Shown piece after piece: positions 54,641-64,000 of a stretch of DNA of 64,000 nt (within the stretch, counting starts at the first letter, position 1; each line of letters starts with the position of its first letter). A program made the translations under genes and the position numbers. The stretch comes from Adineta vaga (lineage: Eukaryota > Animalia > Rotifera): contig CP075492.1 of the NCBI GenBank assembly GCA_021613535.1, positions 12,214,001 through 12,278,000 on the forward strand, given 5' to 3'. The notes under the pieces were generated by a model. It saw only the letters and a program-made list of their open reading frames with translations. It was not told the origin of the DNA and searched no databases.

Positions 54641-57600
54641 ATGCACAAAAGTAAAGTCGTAAGTCATTTCGAATTTTGTTTTATTTATGTAAATTTTTGT
54701 CTATCCATAAACAAACGTTGGTAGAGAGAGAAAGAGAGAAGGAGAGGACGGGTCAGTCTCGTCTATTATTAGTAGTTGTCTTAGACATATCATACATTGA
54801 CACAAGAAGTAAAGAATGGTTTCGTTTAACTATATCATGCTTACACAACAATTGAATGTAAATAAGACTCGCTTCTCGGAGATGATGATGGTGATGATGA
54901 TGTGAACGAGGAGAAGTAGGAAAATTTGTCTTCGATAATCAAAATCATCTGTATACTAATGTGTAAAAGAAGAAAAGGCGAATGATTTTTCGCGTTTGAA
55001 CCATTCTCTTTTTCTCTCTTCTCTTCTCTTCTCTTGCTGTCTCGCTGACATTGTCTTTCATACGATTAGATGAAACATTTCATCTATAAAAGAACAAAAA
55101 GAACGTTCTCTCTGTCTCTCGAGGACATAGAAGAAAGAGAATAAGAAGAAATCGACAATATATATGGTCAGTGTGCATAATTGATGAAATAGAAGTAAGT
55201 GGCCATCAAGTAAGAAATCTAAGCAGCTCGAAAAAAAAGAAAACGAACGAGAGAGAATTTCTTTTGATTTGCTTCGTTTTTTTTTGGTGTCTTGAACAAA
55301 ACGAAAAGGATTGATTTCATTTTAAGGTAAACACCAAACGTGAACGTCGAGCGTCGAATAATAAAAATCAGAACAACAATCATATATCTAAGCAACCATT
55401 ACAAACACAATCATATTCGACACTCGGTGCTCTAGTAACTGGTCTAACAAGTACACCAGCTAACATGTCTGATGAAATGAATCATACTGATATCTTAATT
55501 ATGCAAAAGCCATCAATTGATCTTAATAATTCTTCATCGACAAGTTTACCAGTCAAAAATGGACATGAAGAATCAGTAACACTTCAACAAGATCAGGGTG
55601 TTGACAGTGGTCTATCATCAGAAATAACAAATACAGAAACAGAAAAGCCAGTAGGTAGTGGTGATGATGAATTGAGTTCAACAAGTGGTACATCATCAAC
55701 TCTTGCTCAAATTGATCATTCAACTCATCGACGAGAATCAAGTCCAACAAGTGGTGTAGTCGTTCCGGAAGAGAAACGAGTAACTGATCGTGTCAAAGTT
55801 TTTGAAGCTGTTGCTAAAAATGGAAATAAGAAAAAATCATCCGCAAGTTTTTCTGTTGCTGATCAAAAACAAGTGTCACCATCATCCAATGATAGTTTCG
55901 ATAGTCAATCCATTAATGAAACGAAATCATCGAAAAATAAATCGAAAAAATCTTCATTGAAAAAACAAATTCAAAATTTACTTAAAATTGATAAACCAAC
56001 ATCATTACAAGATGATTTCAATGCTATTGATGAACAACAATTAAATGGAAAAAAGAATAAAAAAGATAATAGTATGTATAAATAGAATCATATCTCTAAT
56101 GATTTCGTCTTGTCTTTCTTTTAGATTCAACATTTAAACCACTTGAAATACAAATTCCCAATAATGAAGACAATTCAAACTCATCAACTGTATCGAAATT
56201 AATAAATACATTTCAAACGAATGATATTGACCAACCAATCGTTGTCTCCCAGTTAAATACTCCGCCTTCTTCATCACATCCTCTTCCTATTCAATCAGAA
56301 AATGTAAGTTATGTTAGTGATAAAAAAATTACATGCGGCTCATTTGTTTTTTTTCAATTCATACTGATCTGATCGAAAAGAGTTTTTCTTTCTATTGATT
56401 CTTCTTTTTGATCTTTTCTTGTATATTTATACGAATGAATGAACGAGTGAACTTCTATTTAGTTCAGCTTGAATGAGTTTGTCCTATCTATCGAATGGTT
56501 TATTTCGCTTATGATGAGAAATGATTGACGTGTTGTTTTATCTCAATTGATATATCACAGGCGCGAATATTGTGCTCTTTTTTCTCTTAAGGGTTAAAGG
56601 AAAAAGAAAATAATCATGATCTTCAATCGATGATTACGTTCCTTTCTCGAAAGTTCATTCTGATTTACCGTATCATTTTGTCTTAATCAGAAGATTTTTA
56701 TTAATTAAAACTTGAGTGTCTTCATTTCTTTTGAATATACATATATATAAATGAAAAAGGTTTCCATTGTTGTGTTTTTTTGTCTTCTTGTTCATAGGAC
56801 CTAATCAATACAATAGTTTACTTCTTTCTATACATTGTAGCCGACTTAAGTCAATATAGATACTCTCTTGGGAGATATAACTTTTACTCTCTTCTCTTTT
56901 TCTATCGATGAACAATGTACATATGTACATATGTATATGTCCATATTTTTCTTCTAAGTTTCTTCTCGTTTTGTAATCAGAATTAGATCGAACGTGTTAG
57001 TAACGTTGATTTGTACATGTCACTCAGCGTGTACATGATCGTACAACTAGTTGCAGTATTGATAATAATGATACGGTATTACGTAAAATCTTTTTGATAT
57101 GTGATTGACGATAGAACTATGCACTTTGGATATAGATGTATGTAGATTGATGAAGAAGTAAGAACTGCTTATTTAAAGTCGAAATATTTGCTTTCAGCAG
57201 TAGACAAGTGGATAAAAATGAATGGGCGTAAGATGATATGTAGTGACCGAGAAAATTGAACTTGAATACACAGTTCATTGACGCGTAGAAAAAAAGTCGA
57301 TGATAGTTTAAAGATACACACACACACACACACACACTCATGTATATATATATATATATCTTTAAAGTTCTAAATAATTTATTTTATATTGAAGAAAAAG
57401 CCAATACATTGATAACTAATATATCTTTCATTATATGATAATAACTAAAACAAAAAAAAGGTGTTAGCGAATGTCACTCTTGACTGATTAGGATACGAAA
57501 CTCATCCATGATGAAGACCTATATGATACGATATGATAGGATATGATTTTGTATCGATATATGAATGAACATGATGAGTTGCTTGATTGAAGGACAATAT

Positions 57601-60600
57601 GAAAATTGAACAGAAACCTATAACGTATGAGACAATGATACTGATCATTGTGGGATGAGCAATGAAGAAGAAAAAGAAAAACGAAAAAGAAGGTCATGTA
57701 TTTCGTACAATGAAGACGTTCATAGGTATCTCATACACATACAAGAAAAATCCTACATTGTTATAAGCGTGATTTGGATATTTCAAATTTGAGCTGTATA
57801 TAGAAGCATATAATGCCGTTACCAACAGTAAGTTCTTCTTCGTCTCCTCATAGAATAGAACAGTCAATTTAACCTTGTAAAAACTTAACACTATACTTCT
57901 TCTTCATCTTCTTCTATGATAATTAACTTTGAGCTTGAGGTTGTTGCTATTATTGTTAGGTAGCAACACGACATTTGAAAAGTAAAAAAAAAAGAAAAGA
58001 AAAGAAATCTATACTTATTAAAATCCATGTCGATTTTTGTTTATCTAACGTATGATTTTGGCAAGTGTCGAAACCATATGTTTACTTCTCAGATAGTGAG
58101 TATGTACTTAAATGTCTTACGAATTCTCTACATAATCGTGTGTTTATCTTGGATTTTACACACATCTGAACAAATAAGAAAGAGTTGTACACTTAAAAAA
58201 TAAAAGAATCCTAGCCTTGAAGCGCTCAAATACGCCACGTACGTGAGGTAAACCATTTTTCTATCAAATAATAAAAATAATTAGATGACGTTTTTCTTCC
58301 TCTTTTGTCGTATTCGGTGCCTGCCCATAATGCGGTTTTATACTTACAATAACCGCAAATTTTCTCTCTCTCTTTCGCTCGCTCGCTCGATCTGCCTCTT
58401 TCTTTGGCTTCAATTTTTTCTCTCTATTGACATACATAGAATATATGATATGAAATTCAACAGTAGAAAAATCAGAAACTTTTACCTTGATAAGGTATTT
58501 AAGAAGGAAAATAAACAGTAAAGACTCGTTTTCTATTAATACTCATACAACACTACAAGACATTGACGAGTGAGGTGAAGTATTTCAAAACTCTATTCAT
58601 CACCTTTGTTTCTTTTCTTCTCCTCCTTTTTCCACCTCTTGAGTCGAACAAATTAAACTTGACAAAAAATTTATTCCAAACGATTGAAACGATTGAATTT
58701 AATGAGAGAGAGAGAGCGACACACATAGAAAGAAAGACAAAGAGCAAGCGAACGACAAGGAGAAGAAAAATGATGGGCGGATAAATGTAAAGTATAGGTG
58801 TTGTCGTAAGGATCATCCATCAGACGTAAAATGAAGGGACAGACAGACCATATACGTCTAGTTAACACCAACTCAAATAGATTTCATTCAATTAGTCGTC
58901 GATCGAACAAGACAAACTTCATCTTCTACTTTTTTTCGCATAACGAAGATGGACAATAACAGAAAACGCTATCCAGGTACAGCATATCATTTTTTTCCTC
59001 TCATACGCATATAGAATCCTTATGTGTAAGTGATTATTATTACTAGTATTATTATTATTATTAATAATAATAATAAAATATGTGTGTTAGAGCAGCCATA
59101 ATAGTCTTCTTCAAATATATGTACATTGGAACATGATTAATATAGAAGAAAAAACAAAATTTCTGGTTAGTAGAGTTACAGATAGATGTATACAATGCGG
59201 TTGATGATTTTCTGCTAATAAATAAGCGACTATTGCATTGATAGGTTTCTTTCAATATTCTTTGTCTGTTGTTTCTGTCCTTGAAAATGTGATGACGATG
59301 AGACGAAATATGAATGAAAGAAAAGAGAAACAATACAAGTATCTGAACACTGTGATTTGTTGCCATGTAGGTTTGAATTGGAATAGAAACAGAGAAAGTT
59401 TTTTATTTCTATTTCAATCACTTAATGAAAACAATCTGAGCAGTTTTCATTTTCTGTGTCGAATATTATTATTAAAAGAAAACCCGAGAGCGAGAGAGTA
59501 AAGACTAAAAACAATGACGGATGTTGGTGATGATGAGTATCTTGATACTGACATGATCAATGATTTTTCTTTGTCATCATCTTTTCCTTCGGATATATAT
59601 TCGACGATTGAAAACGACCAAGATAAACAACAAATTGAAGAAAATACTGACGAACAGGTAGATTTTTCATTCTATTTAGTTTCATTTCTAATCGATATTA
59701 TTTCCATATGTATAGGCGTTTGTTCGTTGTATATGCATCACAAATCACCTATGCTTCAGGGTTTATTTTATAGATATGTATATAATGTCAAATAATCAGA
59801 CAGAGAGAGACAATCATCGATTGATAGAGAGAAAGAGGAACCATAATAAGAAACTATCATCCTGACTATTTGAGAGATAAGAAGAAAAAAACAATACAAA
59901 CTGATCGTAATCGATAAAAAATAAGAAGAAGAAAGAACATCAAGGAATATTTCACTTTAGAATCTCTTTTGTTGTTATTATTCTGATATTGCAAGTTGAT
60001 TTCGAATAATGACACTATATACTCAGATGTCTCTTCTATTCCTTTTTTTGTTTTGTTTTTATCACCCTCATTTCTCATACATTTTTTTCAAATGGCTAGT
60101 GCCATGTATATATCTTAATATAGTTCGAATACCTTTGTCACATTCACATTTTTTTTCCTCATATACATATATATATATATATTTTGTGCGTGTACATAAA
60201 GAATCTGTCTGAGCAATGATGAAAAGATTTAAATTTTTTTCTCGTTCGTTTTTTCTTCTTCTCCTTTTCTCATCAGACTCTCTCTCTCTCTCACTCTCAA
60301 TGTAGAAAAATATCAATTATGAGCCTATTACCGTTTTGAACATATGTTATTCATTGATGAACAACAACGACGACGACGTAACTTGTAAGGCGTCTCGTCT
60401 CGTCCAAAGCTTTTTTTCCTTTCATTGTCGAAATTAAATTTAAACTCGATTTCTTCTTCTTCTTCTTGTTCTTTTTTCTATATATTTCATTTCATTTTAG
60501 TCAACATTAGCACCAACAGAAGTGTCTCATTCGGATACATCAATTAATCTTCCTGCCGATATTTTACCAGCACATAGTGTATCAATAACAAAAACTCATA

Positions 60601-63038
60601 GTCCAATGTCGTCCGGTGTTGGTGAAACGGTGAAAACATCGACACGTTCAGTTTCAATTGAAAAAGGTACGCGAAATCGTTCACCAATGCAACGATATGT
60701 TCATAATGATACAAGCAATAATTCATCCTTTTCATTATTAAATAATTCATCTAATGGTCAAGCTACGGATAATCTTCGTGAACAACATCAACGTGAAAAA
60801 CAAGAATTAGCCGAATTAAATGATCGATTTCGTGGTTATCTTGATCGAGTCAAAGTACTTGAAAACAAGAATTCAAAATTAACAACTCAACTTGAAGATG
60901 TAACCAAAACATGGGGCACAGCATCACAAGCAATTGTTTCACAATATTCTGGTTCACTTGATCGTCTTCGACAAGAAGTTAATGAAAGTATGCTTGGTGA
61001 AGCTGATTTACAAACACGTTTACGTCGTTCACATTATGATATTGATAATTATCGCTCATTAATACACGATGAAACTTTATGGAATAATCGACAAGAAGAA
61101 AAACGTGAACAATTAAAATTAGAATATGAACATTCATGTGTAGAATTAACTGCTTTACAACGATCATATAAACAAGTTGAAGAACAATTGAAAATTTTAC
61201 TACAACAACGTGAAGATTATCTTCAAGAAATCAATCAACTTAATGAACAATCTTATAAAGCAACTTTAGATAGAATTAAATTAGATTTACAAGTTCAAAC
61301 ACTTCGAGAAGAAATTCCATTTCTTAATGATATTCATACACATTTAATTAGGTAAAGAAAAAAAAAACATTTCATATGAATGATTTTTATTTATTCTTTT
61401 TTTAAAGTGAATTCGAACAATTAAAACCAACGAATGGTATCGATACTCAATTATTTTATCGTCAAGAATTAGAAAAAGCTATTCGTGATATTCGTCGTGA
61501 TTTCGATACATTACATTCAGCACAACGTAAAGAAATGGAAGATTACTATACAGTTAAAATCGAAGAAATTCAAAATAATGCCAAAAAACTTGTACCTGTT
61601 CAATCTCGACAAGATGATCTAATGAAAATGTCCGAACAAATCAAATCAACCAAATTTGAATTAGGTGATTCACAGAAATTATTAATTCATGAAAAAGATC
61701 TCTACAAAGATTTACAAGAACGTTTAAGTAAATTAGAAGAAGAATACAATTATATACGTCATCAACGTGATGATAGTAATGATAATATTAACAAAGAATT
61801 ATCAACAGCACATGAACGTATTCAACACTTAACGGGAGAAATTGATACAATTTTACAAAGGTACAACGAAAAGTTTTTGATTAACTTGTATCTTTTTTTT
61901 TGTTTTGTTTTTAGCAATATAACACTCGAATCAGAAATTAATATATATCGACGATTATTGGATAGTGAAACGAATAGACTTGCACAACCACCAGTAGAAC
62001 AAGTTTTATCGCCTGAACCAACACCGCCATCGTTCGGTAGTGAACTTGGTAAAGTTTTCAATAAGAAAATCAAAAAAGGACCGATTGCTATAAGTACGTA
62101 TTAGATTTCGATTTACTTCATTATCTGTAGAAGATAGAAAAAAACAAAATTCGAGTGGTTGATCGTATCTTAGGTTTTTGAAAAAGTAAATTTAATCATC
62201 GTCTACTCAAATAATTTAATAAATGACATACTTTTACTCTATAAAACTGTCGTCTAACACTATTTCAAGTAGCTTCATGCCACGAATAGGAGAAACTTGA
62301 CCTTCATGCACAGTGTCGCGCCGTTTTTCTATCTAATGTATTCAGGCTCAATTCATGAAAAAATATTACAATGCCATTATTGAAGGTCAATTGCGTTCGA
62401 TTTTATGCTCTGAAATTGTATTACCATATTGTCAAAGTCAGTCTTTGTTGTCCTGGATTCATATCTTTATTCTGCATATCAGATCACCAATGACATTTTT
62501 CAATTCAATGAATAAAAAATTTTATCTCGCTAAATTTTCATACAAATTTTTCTATATATAGAAACATACAAAACAGCAATATCACCTGGTATGACACAAG
62601 CTGAATTTTGACTATAATTTATTTTATTTTCTAAGAAATTAAAATACAATTTTTTTATAAATTGTTTTTTCTTTCTTTCTTTTTGCAGAAGATTGTGCAC
62701 CCGATGGTAAATGTATAACATTAGAAAATAGTTCACTTGATAAAGATGTTGATGTATCCAATTGGACATTAAAACGACGTGTTGAAGGTTCACCAGAAAT
62801 AGCCTATACAATTCCTTATGGTCTAATAATAAAACATGGAAATGAATTGAAAATCTATGCTCGTAGTGCTCAACATGCACATCATCGTCCACCATCACAA
62901 GTCGTCAATGATCAACTTGATTCATGGGGTATGGGTACTGCATGTGAAACGAAATTATTCAATGAACAAGGCGAAGAAAAAGCTTCACATTCACAAAAAA
63001 TTGTTTTCGGTTCGGAAACATCTCGTCATTTACCATAG
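54641..63038 (+). CDS. Invertebrate cytoplasmic intermediate filament protein with lamin-tail domain
   Basis: Exons 54641-54658, 55327-56071, 56125-56303, 60501-61351, 61408-61860, 61915-62092, 62689-63038. Rod motifs EKQELAELNDRFRGYLDRVKVLE and LESEINIYRRLLDSE; LTD motif KGPIAIEDCAPDGKCITLEN..WTLKR; no CaaX. Confidence 0.9.
59514..59657 (+). CDS. Alternative acidic first exon of the intermediate filament gene
   Basis: ATG-initiated 144-nt exon MTDVGDDEYLD..NTDEQ with a CAG|GTAG donor. Phase 0, matching the acceptor at 60500. Confidence 0.65.
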
Positions 63039-64000
63039 TAAGTCATTTCGTTTCGAATAATCATCTTTGAGATACAAAAAAACAAAAACAAACAGTGAAA
63101 GAAAGAAGATTTTCTTTTATCTAGCGATGTTGATTGGTCAGATTGTAAGTGATATAATTCTAAGGGCAAAACATTCTTTTTTCAAGGGTTTCATTCTCGC
63201 ATGAATCAGTTCGATTCTTTGCATGAAAATGCAAGATATATTTTTCATTCGAATTAATATTTGATTTGTTGTTTTTTCTTCTTCTATTTGTAGAAATCTG
63301 ACAAGAACAAATAATAAGACTTATTCATTCTTCAATATATACCGATAAACTTCAAATATATACAAAGTTTTTCTTTCGTTTTGTTTTTTGTATATAAAAA
63401 AAAAAACTATCTCCTATTTAAAAAAAAAGAAAAATCTCCAATCAAAGCCGTCATATCTTTTTATCTTTATCATCATATTTCTTCTTTCTCGAGTAGTTTA
63501 ATACAATGATCACTGTTTTACAGAATCTTTTCTTTTCTGTCTGAAAGAATAGTTTAATCTTAGGCAACCAACTCTTTCTTTTTTGTTTTGTTTGTTAATT
63601 TTCATTGTCTGCTTTCTCTCTTTGTTTTGTCTGTTATTAGTGCGGGATCCTATGGCTGGGTAATCCCAACATTTTTTTGCTCTTTTTTTTTTGCTATCAG
63701 TTTTATTTCACCGAACTTTATCACATGCGCGCTGTATCCTTTCTCTCTCTCTTTTTTTTTCTTTTAACAGAATAAAAATGATAAAGTTCAATAAATCTAT
63801 GCAGAGTTACATAGTAAACCTTATGAATCAATTAATTTAAAAAAACAACAACAACAGATTATTCAATCATAGTATTTAGACTGTACTGTTTAAACTTGTG
63901 AATATTATGATTTTTTTGACGTCACGACAAGTCCGATAATGAGCAAAAAAAAGGTGAAAATCTGGCCGAAGTAGGCAAAATAATGAAAGATTAATCTTCG

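Noticed and set aside
58949-58976. Third IF first exon MDNNRKRYP
   Set aside because: The donor is phase 1, incompatible with the phase-0 acceptor at 60500.
59048-59076. (TTA)n(TAA)n palindrome
   Set aside because: A simple microsatellite junction with no evidence of function.
60501-63038. Nuclear lamin call
   Set aside because: There is no C-terminal CaaX (it ends ETSRHLP) and no clear NLS before the LTD, so a cytoplasmic IF fits better.

Overview
AT-rich eukaryotic DNA with many ~45-65 nt GT-AG introns. It is most likely a bdelloid rotifer (inference from intron size, the intronless divergent GPCR and F-box genes, and an intronless GH78 rhamnosidase). I spliced the genes by hand. In order: lysosomal acid phosphatase (1-nt frameshift in the active-site motif), Musashi with four alternative first exons, a secreted Ly6/ShK-like protein, ORMDL, an orphan GPCR, an SLC6 transporter, a neuropeptide precursor, a C-type lectin/5-TM protein, HCF-1, a GH78 pseudogene next to a hAT-type MITE, two F-box genes, GFAT, RPS3A hosting a U21/SNORD21-type snoRNA, a tight co-oriented cluster TMED4/9-epsin-ADPRM-NDUFA3-like (candidate SL-trans-spliced operon), and a cytoplasmic intermediate filament gene. 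The most striking item is invisible in the ORF track. The neuropeptide precursor (21648-23258, minus) has three tandem, same-phase alternative terminal exons. Each completes the same KKR cleavage site and encodes a different two-cysteine peptide: FTYCSLQDMLNGSLC, FITFCNSYEDVMNPDRATC-amide and FCASLEEFQAIGAACY-amide. All gene models are hand-derived and have not been checked against transcripts or databases.
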